This document shows positions 26,655 to 37,195 of a stretch of 64,000 nt of DNA, piece by piece. The notes under the pieces are model-generated. The model had not been told where the DNA came from, made no database searches, and saw only the letters and a program-made list of their open reading frames with translations. Origin of the DNA: a virus. Lineage: Duplodnaviria > Heunggongvirae > Uroviricota > Caudoviricetes. The translations under genes were made by a program, and so were the position numbers. The stretch's first letter is position 1. The number at the start of each line of letters is the position of its first letter. The stretch is taken from the IMG/VR virus record IMGVR_UViG_3300033120_000816, one strand, 5' to 3'.

Positions 26655-29600
26655 GGTTTCTTCAGTTTTTTAATGAATTCCAAAAACTCTTTGGGTGTCA
26701 TTCTCTCCCCTTTGTCATTCAAAGGAAAGTCATTTCTTGCAGCTTCTTTTCTTTTTTCTGCTTCTTTTTTTCTATTCCCAGTAATTGCCTCGGCTACTTC
26801 TTTTACTTTCTCCTTGGCTTTTTCTACTACACCCTCTTTGGCTTCAGCTTGCTCTTGTTTTTTCTTTTCCCTACGCGCTCTAGCTTGCGATCTTGCCTTC
26901 TCTTTTTTGATAGACATTTCCGCTTTGTACTGAGGGTGGTTTTTGTAGTTCTCCATTATGTCGGCAGTCAAAGCTTTTTCTACTGCTCTCATTTCTCTTA
27001 TCTGCTGCTCATTAAGGATTCTCTCAGCATAGTAATCACCCATCATGGCATCTCGCATCATTCTATCGCCTCTCCTAATGTTCAATACGTCAGAAGATGT
27101 AGATGCCAGTTTTTTCCAATAGTTCTGCACTTGGGCTGTAAGGGCTCGTAATCTCTGTTGCTCGGCAGTGGTAGCTTCTATTGCCTCAAGTATTTTTTGC
27201 CTATTTTCTGGGGTTGGGTTATTGGCAAGGTCAGAAGATAGCTTTTTTAGGTCCATCTCGTTTCTTATCCTTTCAGATTGTAGTTCTGCTTGTAGCCCCA
27301 CAAGTGCCGTAGCTTGTCTTTTAGGGTCGTTGGGGACATCCTTTATGTCAGAAAACATCTTTGCACCCCACTTGGTAGCTAGCCCGCCAAATTTCTCTTT
27401 GTAGGCAGAAGCTGTGTTCCTTGCGGAGTTCATTATGCTTTCAAGACGCAGGGCCACTTTGTCTTCTCCCATCTCGTCAGCAACACCTTCTTCTCCGTAA
27501 ATGTCCTCAGTTGTTTTTTCTCCAAGAAACTTAGATGCCTGAGACTCGTCCATGTCCATTTCCGCAACCATGTTCCCTTCTTTGGGTTCTGGGTGCGGTA
27601 TTTTGTGGGCTGCTTCCTTGTATAACCGGAAGTTCATGTAGTTGAGAATGTTTTCTTTAGTGGCGTCTTTTAACCCCTCAGCTTGCATTACTTCTACTAC
27701 TGCCTGTCCGTATGTTAACTCTCCTGTTCTTATGTCGCTTACCCATTCGGCTGCTATCTCCCTGTTTGTTTTGGATAACTCAGGTAGAACTTTTGGACGC
27801 TCAGGGACTATGCTCAGGATTTTGTTGAGGGTATCTATATCTTGATACTCCAATCCTTTTGCGCCTTCTGGGTCGTTGGCTTTCACCTGCTCTATGGCTC
27901 GGTAGATAGCTACGTGTACATTCTTTCCAGCACGAACTAAGGCTATAGTTGCCTTGGCTATAGCTTTAACAATTTCATCTCCGACTCTTGTTGAGAAGCC
28001 GGGAGCGCTGGGTAACATCCCTTTGTTTTGTTCGGCAGAACGTTTCAGGTAGGCTTCAAGGCTTTCTTCTATCTTGTTGGCTACTTTATCGTACTTGGCT
28101 TCTATGGCTTTTTCGGGGGCTGGGCTGTCTTTAGTCTGTTCGCTTCCCTCACCCTTGCTGCTAGGCTTCCCGTTTTCAGAAACTCCTTCGCCCTTGCCAC
28201 TAACTGACTCTCCCCCTTCTGGGGTGTCTGAGATTTTTTCGATTCCATATTGTTCAAAAATTTTGTCGTATTCTTTGTATCTGTCAGCTATCTCGCCAGA
28301 AATCATAAATTCTAGCAGCTTGCCTTTCCCTTTGCCTAACGCCTCTAGCTTATTGTAGGCGTCTTGATAGTCTCTATCAAACAAATCGGGCTTTGTAAGG
28401 TTTACATTCCCATCTTCTTCTGTTAATGTTTCTGCGTAGTCTAGTATTATCTGAGCTTCTGCATCGGTCATTTCTACCGCATCTACCACGTCTTCAACGA
28501 GGTCTTGCAGATCCATTTCGGCGTCACTCTCAATATATCTGTTTCTCTGCTCTGGCGTTAATTTAGCCCACAACTCTTCCCTTGTAGGACCACCTTCTGC
28601 TTTTTTTGACTCTCCTTGAACAAAGTCAGGCAGGATTTCTTCCCCCTTCTCGTTTTTACCTTGTATGCGCAACAACTCTTGAAGAGCAGCCCTTTCATCA
28701 TTCCCGTATCTCTGCCAGATTTCAAAGAATTCCCTCCTTGCATCAATAGCGTCGTCTACAAACCCTGTTGGGTTGTATAAATTATCGTCCGATTTCAGGA
28801 ATCTCTCTACAAAGTGGTCTACACTCAATCCTTGTTTAGCTATGCGACGAAAATACTGCCCCATGTCGGAATGCTTGATTCCGTACTCTGTGCGAATATC
28901 GTCATACCTGAACCGTATCCCGTCTACAATAGCCTGCAAAACACCCTCATAGAAACTAGATGGGTCGCCACTGGTTGCTATCTGCTTTAATCTTTGGTAT
29001 TCATTTTTGGGCTTGGGGCGCTTGTTTGCTTTGGATTTTGCTTCGCCAAATGGGGTGTTGTCTACTTTTTGTTTCCCCTTCTTGCCTCGCTGTACGCTAT
29101 CGCTACCTTCTGGGCTTGGGGTCTTGGCTTCGCCCCTGGCTTGTTTAGCTCCTTCAGGTTCTTGGATACTGCCTTCTGTATCTCTTTTTTGCTGTTGTTC
29201 TTTGAGACGTGTGCTGGCATTTTCTATTTGTTTTTGAAGGTTTTCTATTCTCTGTTTTTTAGCTTTTTGAGCCGCTGGGGTCTTAGGCTCAGGATTAGCC
29301 AACTCCCTGTCAAGTTTTGCTTGCAGGGATTGTAGTCCTTTTTCGGTTACTGGGGTTTTTGGTTCGGGGGTTACTTCTTCGACTTTTACCTCACCCTCTG
29401 GGGTTTTTGGTGTGATTTCTTCAGCCTTTACCTCCACTACTGGCTGTTCGGGAGTTGGTACAACAACCTCTTCCTCCACAAACATTCTCCTTGATTTCTT
29501 TGGCTTGTTTTCTGAAACAACTTCAGCGGGCTCGCCATTAACTGGCGCCCGCTGAGGTTCTTCTGTTTCTTTTTGTGGTTCTAGTACTTGCCTTTCTTGC

Positions 29601-32536
29601 CCGCTTTTGGCATCGGTGTCGCTACGAACTTCGGTGTCGGACCCGACTTCTGCACGTTGGCTGTTGTCGGTGCTTTGCTTCCGCCCTTCATTACTTTCTG
29701 GGCTGCTGACGATGATTTTGTCTTCATTTTCTTTTGGTTTTTGTGAAGTATTATCTTCTGTTACAGTAGTAGGTTGTAAAGTTATATCTTTTTCTTCTGA
29801 AACAACCAAATTTTCTTTTGGTTTATTTTCGTCAATAACCACACCCTCTTCTGCAGGCTCAACAACTTCAACCTCTTCTTTTACCTCTGGAATAATTGGA
29901 GGTTCTTGCGTTGGTCTAACGTCTGGAATGCCGGCAGATTTCAAAATAGTTTCCCTCTCAGATATAAGTTCCGATATCTGCTTTTTTAGTGGAGCTTCTT
30001 GGGCTTTATCTATCTGGGTGTTTCTTGCTTTTGCTTCTCTTGAAAGTTGGTCTAATCTCCCTTGTAATGCTCGCTCCTGAAGCAGGGAAAATGTGTAGTT
30101 TTTTATCTGGTCTGGGGTAAGTAAATCTCCGTTATCATTAACGGGCGGAGTGTCCTCTTGTGCTGCTTTTATCTTAGCGATATCGCTTACGAGTTGGGAC
30201 GCCTGAGCTCCGGTCATTTTACCCTCTGCTTTCTGCTTGTATACCCAATCTGTATATTCTTTGGCATGAGTACCTACATCAAAGATTGCTGCCTTATTTA
30301 GGGGTGTTTTTTGCTTTGCTGCTCCATATCCTGACATTATAGACGGGATAAGGAAAGTAAGCGCTGTGTGCATTACATCTTCCCCTAAACCCTCTGTTGC
30401 TGCTAGGTCGTTCTCGGTGCCAGGCTTGGCTATGTTGTAAAGTTGATTCTGAGCGTACTTATTTGCTGCCGCTTGGGATATAACCAACCCCTCCATTTTA
30501 GCCATCTCAATGATGTGATTGGCGTACTTGTTAACAACTTTTGGAGTTAACAAACCTTTCATTCCGGCGTTCTTGATTTCATTCAAAAACTGCTCGGCTG
30601 TTTTCTTTGCTTCTCCAGATAATGTTATAGCATACTTACTTTGTGGGTGTGCGGAAAATATCAACGCCGACAACCCGCCAGATGTCATGCTATACAGTTG
30701 TCTTCTCCATTCGTCTTCGGGTTTGTCGCCTACTATGTCTTTTGCTTGCTGGTAGGCCCCGTTATACCCCTCAAATGCCATAAGACCAAAGTTGGCTAAC
30801 TTCTCAGATGTTGCACCACTTACCCCTATTTCTGCTATCGGTTCGGCTATCATTTTTGCGAACGGACCGAATGATTGTAGCATACCTATGGTGTTAGCCA
30901 TCGCCCCAGCCACGCCCCTTATGTTGTGTATGGTGTTTTGCTCGGTTGGCATATTGCCAGCAATCTTTGCAATAATCCCTCTTTGTTCCTGCCAGCCAGG
31001 AGGGAACATTTCATCTACGTTTTTACCTTGCGCAAAAGCAACTGTTCTTACCGCTCGCTCATACAATGCTGGGGCAAGAAAATTTCCAAACCCTTTTGCA
31101 AACTGCTGAATTAAACTTATCTCCTTTGGTATTGAGTCTTTTTCCTGTATCAACTCCTCGGCAACATCGTCATCTACACCTATTTCTTTGGCGTATTTTG
31201 TTATTTGCTCTGGAGTAATGTCGGGGCGCAGCGCAGAAGGGATGATAGCGTTGAGTATTTGATTACCCACCGTTTCGTCTCTATATTTCCTGTTCCCTAT
31301 GTCTTCCTTTGCCTTTTGCTTAATGAATTCTTTGTTCTGTGCTTTGATTTGCTTGCCTTCTACATCAGCGTATGGCGTGGCTTCTTTTTTTACGTTTTCG
31401 TTTACTGTGGATTCTAAGCCCTCATTGATTATATCCCTGCCTATTTGGTCGTACTTGTACTTTAACTCAGGATTGATAGGTCTACCTGCTTTCAAATTGG
31501 CAAGATCTTGCTGGGCTTGTTTGTTGCCAAACAATGCTTCTTTCTCAGCACCAAGCATAGACATGTTATACTTGCTGTTGGAGATTATCTGCTGTTGCTG
31601 TTGTTCGTAGCGCTTCTTGTTGTCGTTGAACTGAACCTTTAGCTTGTCTACTTCATCTGCCGCTCTTGGGTCAATTAAGTTGTCTTGATTGCGTGACGCC
31701 TGTGGATACTTTTTGAAGATAGCATCTACTTTTTGTCTGTATTGTTCCTCTTCTGCTTTTAATCTACCTTGTATCGCAGCTATTTGTGTTTGCGCCTGCT
31801 CAGGAGTGTACTTTTTTTGCTGGTACTCCCTATTAAATAACTGAAGGTCAATAACCTTTTCTGCTGCTGAATTGATTTCCTGTATTTTCTTTTCAATAAC
31901 TGGGCGTAGCTCTATTTCTGAGCCAGACTCGTAGATTGCAGCATTCTTTAGCTGGTCCCGTAATTTACCTATTTTGGTATTGCGGTACTGCGCTGTGTAG
32001 GTTGGGTCTCCGTTAGGGTTGGTAATCTTATTGATTGGGGGTACTGGGTCAATGAACTGCGTTTTCGGTGGCGGGATAAAGCCAGGTAGCGTCATTCCAT
32101 CTTCTGCATAGTCCTTGGCTAGTATATCAAATGCACTGGCTTGCTCCTGAGCAATTTGTTCGGGAGTGCGCGGCATTCTTCTTTCCAGTTTTTCGGAGTA
32201 GGGGAGCTTCTTTGGTGGTTGCTGTACAACTCCAATGGGCTTCATTTGGGTGACGTCAGGATTAAAGAACTCCGGCTCAGTTTTTAGCACTGGCACTGGA
32301 GGTCTTAAATATTGAGGTTGCTCTATTGTTATTGTGGGTTCTTCGGTTGGGGCTTCTTCTTGGCTTGCTGTAGATTGATCTACAATAACCTCTGCGTCGT
32401 CAACAACTGGAATATTGTCCCACACGGATTTAGTCTGAGGTTTTGCTATTTTCTCTGCTTCGGAGTCGTCAACAACTGGAATGTTATCCCATACGGATTT
32501 CTTTGCAGCTGTAGTGTCTTTGTTTTTATCTCCCAT
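26648..32536 (-). CDS. giant virion-associated protein (1962 aa), Lys/Glu-rich, low complexity, with N-terminal tandem repeats
   Basis: Uninterrupted 5.9-kb ORF. The N-terminus carries a duplicated 'KSVWDNIPVVDD(S/A)E' unit (~35-nt DNA repeats at 32395-32510). Long E/K/P/T-rich linkers are present. Confidence 0.8.
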   Translation of the reverse strand: MGDKNKDTTAAKKSVWDNIPVVDDSEAEKIAKPQTKSVWDNIPVVDDAEVIVDQSTASQEEAPTEEPTITIEQPQYLRPPVPVLKTEPEFFNPDVTQMKPIGVVQQPPKKLPYSEKLERRMPRTPEQIAQEQASAFDILAKDYAEDGMTLPGFIPPPKTQFIDPVPPINKITNPNGDPTYTAQYRNTKIGKLRDQLKNAAIYESGSEIELRPVIEKKIQEINSAAEKVIDLQLFNREYQQKKYTPEQAQTQIAAIQGRLKAEEEQYRQKVDAIFKKYPQASRNQDNLIDPRAADEVDKLKVQFNDNKKRYEQQQQQIISNSKYNMSMLGAEKEALFGNKQAQQDLANLKAGRPINPELKYKYDQIGRDIINEGLESTVNENVKKEATPYADVEGKQIKAQNKEFIKQKAKEDIGNRKYRDETVGNQILNAIIPSALRPDITPEQITKYAKEIGVDDDVAEELIQEKDSIPKEISLIQQFAKGFGNFLAPALYERAVRTVAFAQGKNVDEMFPPGWQEQRGIIAKIAGNMPTEQNTIHNIRGVAGAMANTIGMLQSFGPFAKMIAEPIAEIGVSGATSEKLANFGLMAFEGYNGAYQQAKDIVGDKPEDEWRRQLYSMTSGGLSALIFSAHPQSKYAITLSGEAKKTAEQFLNEIKNAGMKGLLTPKVVNKYANHIIEMAKMEGLVISQAAANKYAQNQLYNIAKPGTENDLAATEGLGEDVMHTALTFLIPSIMSGYGAAKQKTPLNKAAIFDVGTHAKEYTDWVYKQKAEGKMTGAQASQLVSDIAKIKAAQEDTPPVNDNGDLLTPDQIKNYTFSLLQERALQGRLDQLSREAKARNTQIDKAQEAPLKKQISELISERETILKSAGIPDVRPTQEPPIIPEVKEEVEVVEPAEEGVVIDENKPKENLVVSEEKDITLQPTTVTEDNTSQKPKENEDKIIVSSPESNEGRKQSTDNSQRAEVGSDTEVRSDTDAKSGQERQVLEPQKETEEPQRAPVNGEPAEVVSENKPKKSRRMFVEEEVVVPTPEQPVVEVKAEEITPKTPEGEVKVEEVTPEPKTPVTEKGLQSLQAKLDRELANPEPKTPAAQKAKKQRIENLQKQIENASTRLKEQQQKRDTEGSIQEPEGAKQARGEAKTPSPEGSDSVQRGKKGKQKVDNTPFGEAKSKANKRPKPKNEYQRLKQIATSGDPSSFYEGVLQAIVDGIRFRYDDIRTEYGIKHSDMGQYFRRIAKQGLSVDHFVERFLKSDDNLYNPTGFVDDAIDARREFFEIWQRYGNDERAALQELLRIQGKNEKGEEILPDFVQGESKKAEGGPTREELWAKLTPEQRNRYIESDAEMDLQDLVEDVVDAVEMTDAEAQIILDYAETLTEEDGNVNLTKPDLFDRDYQDAYNKLEALGKGKGKLLEFMISGEIADRYKEYDKIFEQYGIEKISDTPEGGESVSGKGEGVSENGKPSSKGEGSEQTKDSPAPEKAIEAKYDKVANKIEESLEAYLKRSAEQNKGMLPSAPGFSTRVGDEIVKAIAKATIALVRAGKNVHVAIYRAIEQVKANDPEGAKGLEYQDIDTLNKILSIVPERPKVLPELSKTNREIAAEWVSDIRTGELTYGQAVVEVMQAEGLKDATKENILNYMNFRLYKEAAHKIPHPEPKEGNMVAEMDMDESQASKFLGEKTTEDIYGEEGVADEMGEDKVALRLESIMNSARNTASAYKEKFGGLATKWGAKMFSDIKDVPNDPKRQATALVGLQAELQSERIRNEMDLKKLSSDLANNPTPENRQKILEAIEATTAEQQRLRALTAQVQNYWKKLASTSSDVLNIRRGDRMMRDAMMGDYYAERILNEQQIREMRAVEKALTADIMENYKNHPQYKAEMSIKKEKARSQARARREKKKQEQAEAKEGVVEKAKEKVKEVAEAITGNRKKEAEKRKEAARNDFPLNDKGERMTPKEFLEFIKKLKKPC

Positions 32537-32545
32537 CTGAGGTGT

Positions 32546-34483
32546 TTATTCCTCCAAAATTAGTCTATTTTTCTTTGTTCTTTGAATTACTTTTTTTAGT
32601 ACACCATTAACCTTTAAATAAAGATTCCCATCTTTTTGAACTAAATCGGTTGTGGGTATTTGATCTATCGTTAGCGGGTAGACTGTCTTGTTGCCTGAAG
32701 GCGCACTTGGTTGTTTTTGTGGGGCAGGCGCACTTGGGGTTGAATTTTTAGAGAACATACCTTTTAGCATTTCTTTTGCCCTTGCGTCTCTATCTATTTC
32801 TGTAGCCGACTTGTCATTAAAGTTGTTAGAAGCCATTGACCTTGTAGCAATAGCCTCTAGTGGATTTTGTATCTTCCACTCCAAAACCTCTTGCATTTTA
32901 GGTAGCTTGCCCAGAGACTTTTTATCCATAACAATCTCTCCGGTTTCGTCGTCTATCATGGGCTTATTTATCTTGTAACCAAACACAAGTTTAGTTTGAG
33001 ATATGTCCCCGTTTTTAGGAGTAAATCTGTACGCAAACTTTGGCTTAATTGATACCTTACTTGGTTGCCCTTGCGCGTTGTAACCCCTCGCCCCAGCTAT
33101 GTTTGTTATAGTTGCATCAGACCCAGGAAGGTCCGAAACATTATATTGACTTATATCTAATCCTGTGTTTTCCAGTATGGTTTCTCCTATACTCCTTTTT
33201 GTTTCAGCAATAGAGAAGTCCATGTTTTTTGGCTTAGACTCGGCAGTTAGTATCTCATAAATATCAAGCGCATCGGTCATGGCGTTTAGCTCCTTATCAC
33301 CTTCAATGCGCTCTTCTTTAGTCATTTTATCCTTCTCGTCCCTGTGCTTGGCTTTAGCTAACTCCAAGTACTCTCGATTAATTTGAAGATTACCTTTGGC
33401 AATATTCATTTCGTTTTGCTCCTTCTCAAGCTCTCTCTTGGTTTTCTTTATTTCCTTGCCTACACCCACTTGACCCGTTTTTTGAACCAACAACCCGTAA
33501 GCTATGTTCCTTATAGTTTCATCGTTAAGTTCTGGCATTTCTACTGTACCGTCTCCGTAAACCTTAGCTACTGGAGGTGCGTAGTTTGCGTCGGCAGGCG
33601 TTAGTCCTCTAGCAGAGTTGTAGTCGGCTATATCCGAGTTTAATTGCAACATAGCATCCTTAGTTAATGCAGAGGGGTCTTTGTATAATGCCTTTACCAT
33701 GTTTCTGGCTACATTATACTCTGGGCTACCTCTCCTCATTTTCCCTCTTGTATCTAAAACAGATCCGCGAATGCCAGGTCTACTTATTACAACCTCATTC
33801 CCGTCTTTGTCTATTTCTACTCCAATCTGAAGCATATCTAGTGCTTTATCATTTTTCCCAGTAAGCGTATCTTTATCTACACCCAACCCCTCTATGGTCC
33901 AAGTAGGTGATGGGAGATATGCTTCTGGTGTCTTAAATGAATAAACGGGTTCCTTTTCAATATCTTCAATGCTTTTGAGTATTTCTTCTCTTTCAAGCAT
34001 GTCGTTTGTTCCTGCTGCTAGTACTTTTCTTTTGGCTACCTCTGTAGCTCTTATACCTGCAAGGTCGGTAAGTTGCTTTAGTTCCTGCTCCTTTGCTTTT
34101 AAGTCTGCATCAAACTTGTAGGTGCCAGGTTCCGAAATTACTTTATTGCGGATTTCATTCACCCTCTCATTAACATACTCCCTATCTTGTGGTAGCATGG
34201 TAAATCCTGAGCTTTTACCGTCAGGACCTTTCATATTGAACACACTCTCTCCTGTGCTGGCAAGGTATGCAGCAAGTTCGTCTTGCTCTTTTTGTTGGCG
34301 CTGCTTTTCGGCTATGCGCTTTCTCTCTTCTGTTTGTGCTATTTGTCCCAGTACGCTTTGGATTGGAGCGCTTGGGTTTGTGTCTGCTGGATTGGTAGAA
34401 TAGCCCACACCGCCACTATATCCTAGTGCTGCGTTGCCGGGATTGCTAGTAATATCTGAAGCCGATGTAAACATTTCTGCCAT
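32546..34483 (-). CDS. large virion protein (645 aa)
   Basis: First of the three consecutive large ORFs. Coiled-coil rich. Confidence 0.7.
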   Translation of the reverse strand: MAEMFTSASDITSNPGNAALGYSGGVGYSTNPADTNPSAPIQSVLGQIAQTEERKRIAEKQRQQKEQDELAAYLASTGESVFNMKGPDGKSSGFTMLPQDREYVNERVNEIRNKVISEPGTYKFDADLKAKEQELKQLTDLAGIRATEVAKRKVLAAGTNDMLEREEILKSIEDIEKEPVYSFKTPEAYLPSPTWTIEGLGVDKDTLTGKNDKALDMLQIGVEIDKDGNEVVISRPGIRGSVLDTRGKMRRGSPEYNVARNMVKALYKDPSALTKDAMLQLNSDIADYNSARGLTPADANYAPPVAKVYGDGTVEMPELNDETIRNIAYGLLVQKTGQVGVGKEIKKTKRELEKEQNEMNIAKGNLQINREYLELAKAKHRDEKDKMTKEERIEGDKELNAMTDALDIYEILTAESKPKNMDFSIAETKRSIGETILENTGLDISQYNVSDLPGSDATITNIAGARGYNAQGQPSKVSIKPKFAYRFTPKNGDISQTKLVFGYKINKPMIDDETGEIVMDKKSLGKLPKMQEVLEWKIQNPLEAIATRSMASNNFNDKSATEIDRDARAKEMLKGMFSKNSTPSAPAPQKQPSAPSGNKTVYPLTIDQIPTTDLVQKDGNLYLKVNGVLKKVIQRTKKNRLILEE

Positions 34484-34505
34484 TGTCCTTGTATCTTAAT
34501 TGTTG

Positions 34506-35321
34506 TTATTGAAATTCCCAATCTAAGTAGTCGTTATCAAAAGACCCGTAACGTATCTCATACGGCTTTCTAGGGTCAATAACATCTGGTGTATTGTTTA
34601 CTCCGTAGTTTTGCTGTGTGACATACTGTAGATACTGCGGAATACCCCTCTCCATAGGAGTTGGCATTGCCCTGTTGTCGTATTCTTGATATAACGCAGG
34701 AGGTGAACTTGCGTACACGGGGTCAATTTGCGGTTGCTGTGCTGGGATGAACGGAGTGCGCTGTTTTCCGGTAGGCATATTTGCTATCCCCTGCAGAAGC
34801 CCTCCTGTCATTGTGTTAAACCCACCCTGCATCATGTTTTGAGCACCCATCAATTGTTGGTTAATTGCCTGTGCTCTGTTCGCCCAAGGTTGGTATTGAT
34901 TGATCTGATACACCTTATCCCTGTTGGCTGCCATTCTAGCCCTTTGGTTCTGTAGGTTCTCCAAATTCTTTAGTCTTGCCTGATCCTCATAAACTGCCAT
35001 CTGATTGATTTGGTTTTGAGTATTCCCAGCAAGTGAAGCTATAGCATTAGCATTACCGCCACCTCTCAAGATAGCATCTATGCTTGTTCCTAATGCTCTG
35101 TCGCTATTACTACGCATAGCCTCTCTAGCAGCATCGGACATACCTTGCCCTGCCATAGACTCTGCCTGACGCATCATATCTCTCTCTTCTTGAGGGATTT
35201 GATACTCAGGCATTTTGTTGTTTGCCGCGTCTCTCTCGTACTTTTTTTTGAGGCTTGCACCGTAAGCCATTTGACCGGCTCCAACTGCTGCCCCTGCAAG
35301 TAGTGCTACTGGTATTGCCAT
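34506..35321 (-). CDS. Gln/Asn/Met-rich low-complexity protein (271 aa)
   Basis: Composition is dominated by Q, N, M, A and G (for example NQINQMAVYEDQARLKNLENLQNQRARMAANRDKVYQINQYQPWANRAQAINQQLMGAQNMMQGGFN). Confidence 0.6.
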   Translation of the reverse strand: MAIPVALLAGAAVGAGQMAYGASLKKKYERDAANNKMPEYQIPQEERDMMRQAESMAGQGMSDAAREAMRSNSDRALGTSIDAILRGGGNANAIASLAGNTQNQINQMAVYEDQARLKNLENLQNQRARMAANRDKVYQINQYQPWANRAQAINQQLMGAQNMMQGGFNTMTGGLLQGIANMPTGKQRTPFIPAQQPQIDPVYASSPPALYQEYDNRAMPTPMERGIPQYLQYVTQQNYGVNNTPDVIDPRKPYEIRYGSFDNDYLDWEFQ

Positions 35322-35333
35322 AGTTCTGTTTGT

Positions 35334-35672
35334 TTAGCTTATAAGCAATTCTGTGGCAATAGCCGTTGTTCCGTGGTCTTGGTATTCGCCTTTTTTAGCA
35401 CAGCAAATTAAAGCCACAGATATAGTATACATACCATTAGCAAACACCACAGAATGGCTTATACTTTTTACGTGAACCCCCGTAGACTCTCTGCCGTTTT
35501 CTGCCGCCATACTCAATGCCTTATCTAAGACATTATCTCCCACCAAGTGCCCGTACTTGATGTAGTTGTTTATTTTTTGGCGCATATTGCTTTCTGCGTC
35601 AGAATATAAACTTGCAGAGAAACTCTGAGTGTACAAGTACTGCTCTTCGTCCATTTCTTTTTCGTATGCCAT
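35334..35672 (-). CDS. hypothetical protein (112 aa)
   Basis: ORF. Confidence 0.5.
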   Translation of the reverse strand: MAYEKEMDEEQYLYTQSFSASLYSDAESNMRQKINNYIKYGHLVGDNVLDKALSMAAENGRESTGVHVKSISHSVVFANGMYTISVALICCAKKGEYQDHGTTAIATELLIS

Positions 35673-35704
35673 TTTACGTTTCTTTTTTTTTTAGTGTTTT
35701 GTCT

Positions 35705-36805
35705 TTACCAAGGTCTCAGGTTGGTTTGAACCTTCTTAACATCATCTATTCTGATAGGGTTAAGATGTTTGTTCAATTCCATTTTCTGAGAGTTAAAGTA
35801 GTATTCGTTCTTTCTGCTTCTGTCTCTGTCTTGTGGGTTGAATACTGCTTGCTGCCATATTATCCCAGCATCCATAGCCATTACAGCGTATTCAGGTATC
35901 AGTATCTCTTCTCCCGGTGTTGAGCCAGATGTTTGATAGGATATGATTACCTTGACAATTTCATTTTCTACACCATTGCACTCTTCCTCGCACTTCTTTT
36001 CGTTGTTCAAGTATATGTTGCTTGATGTCCTAAATATATGGATAATACTCCTGCTGGCTGCATCCCAGTTGAAGTATCCAAAGAAATTGTAGGATACTGG
36101 CGCCACACTTCTGTATGGATTAACAAACCCTCCGTATCCGTATCCTGAGCTATTCAGATTATATCCGTTATTAAGACAGCTGCCATTATATCCACAATAC
36201 GTTTGCAGGGCAAGGATATTAGGCGCTGTTGGTAATATGCAACCTTTATCGCTTACCTCTATGTCGCACACCCACTGTCTGTTAGTTACATACACTACAG
36301 TCTCGGTTGTTGCGTCCCAAGCTGGCACATGTTCCTCTCGTTGGATAGTGTTGCCATCGCCGCGCATGTAGGTTGTTTTCTGATAGGTTTCGCCGTTGAT
36401 TACCACATCCTCGTTTATTGCAGTAATGTTGTCCATCGCCTCACATAATGTACCTACGCCCCCACATGTTGTGCAGGAGCATTTGTTTTTCTGACAAAGG
36501 GTGGTTACTGTGCTTATGTCTGGATTGTAGGTAAGCGGGTGCAGTTTGCCAAACTTGTCAATCACCGACAGGTTAATCAAGCGCTCACAGCCTTCCGGGA
36601 TAGTTATTGTGTTGGTTTCTCTATCAACTGTTAATACTTGGGTCTTTATCTCCCAAATACTTTTGCGGAAAAGTAACTTCCATATCATAGAAGCAAACTC
36701 CATTGTTCGAATAAAGGCAATACCTTTTACATTACCTTGTTTAAGGTTGAACTTCCTGACGTAATCAGAAAGGTAATGTACTTCTTGTCCGTACTGCCTC
36801 AACAT
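35705..36805 (-). CDS. Cys-rich structural protein (366 aa)
   Basis: Contains many CxxC-like spacings (CQKNKCSCTTCGGVGTLC, KKCEEECNG). Confidence 0.6.
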   Translation of the reverse strand: MLRQYGQEVHYLSDYVRKFNLKQGNVKGIAFIRTMEFASMIWKLLFRKSIWEIKTQVLTVDRETNTITIPEGCERLINLSVIDKFGKLHPLTYNPDISTVTTLCQKNKCSCTTCGGVGTLCEAMDNITAINEDVVINGETYQKTTYMRGDGNTIQREEHVPAWDATTETVVYVTNRQWVCDIEVSDKGCILPTAPNILALQTYCGYNGSCLNNGYNLNSSGYGYGGFVNPYRSVAPVSYNFFGYFNWDAASRSIIHIFRTSSNIYLNNEKKCEEECNGVENEIVKVIISYQTSGSTPGEEILIPEYAVMAMDAGIIWQQAVFNPQDRDRSRKNEYYFNSQKMELNKHLNPIRIDDVKKVQTNLRPW

Positions 36806-36808
36806 GGG

Positions 36809-37195
36809 TTATTCTTCTTTGGGTTTACTTTTTGTGGTTGATTTAGCTGGCTTTTGCTCTTCTTTGGTTGCGCTTTTAGGGCTTCCGTCGTCTGTAGCCT
36901 TGACTAGATCCACGTAACACTTCGTTCTTTCTTCTAGCTCTTTCTTTACAGCACTCAACTCTTCGTTAAGTTGTTTGTTGGTTTCCTGCAAGGAAGCATT
37001 TGCTGCCTTTACGTTTACCAGTTCGTCTAGCAGTGTAACCCTTTGCGCTTCAATATTTTCTACTTTAGAATTAAGCTCTGCTGTTTGACTTTTTACCACT
37101 TGCTCTACTTTCTCTGAAAGAAAGTTTTTTGCGTTTCTTAGCGCCATAATTTTGTTGTTTATGTTGCGGTTTTTTAACAATTCCCTACCTCCCAA
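36809..37195 (-). CDS. coiled-coil protein (128 aa)
   Basis: Heptad-like and K/E-rich (VENIEAQRVTLLDELVNVKAANASLQETNKQLNEELSAVKKELEE). Confidence 0.5.
   Translation of the reverse strand: MGGRELLKNRNINNKIMALRNAKNFLSEKVEQVVKSQTAELNSKVENIEAQRVTLLDELVNVKAANASLQETNKQLNEELSAVKKELEERTKCYVDLVKATDDGSPKSATKEEQKPAKSTTKSKPKEE

Noticed and set aside
23302-31610. Many plus-strand ORFs of 60-168 aa lying inside the giant minus-strand genes (for example 26645..27151, 29607..30080, 25870..26235, 24208..24588)
   Set aside because: These are shadow ORFs antisense to very long, clearly coding frames. They have Ser/Leu/Cys/Phe-rich low-complexity translations and no independent start context.
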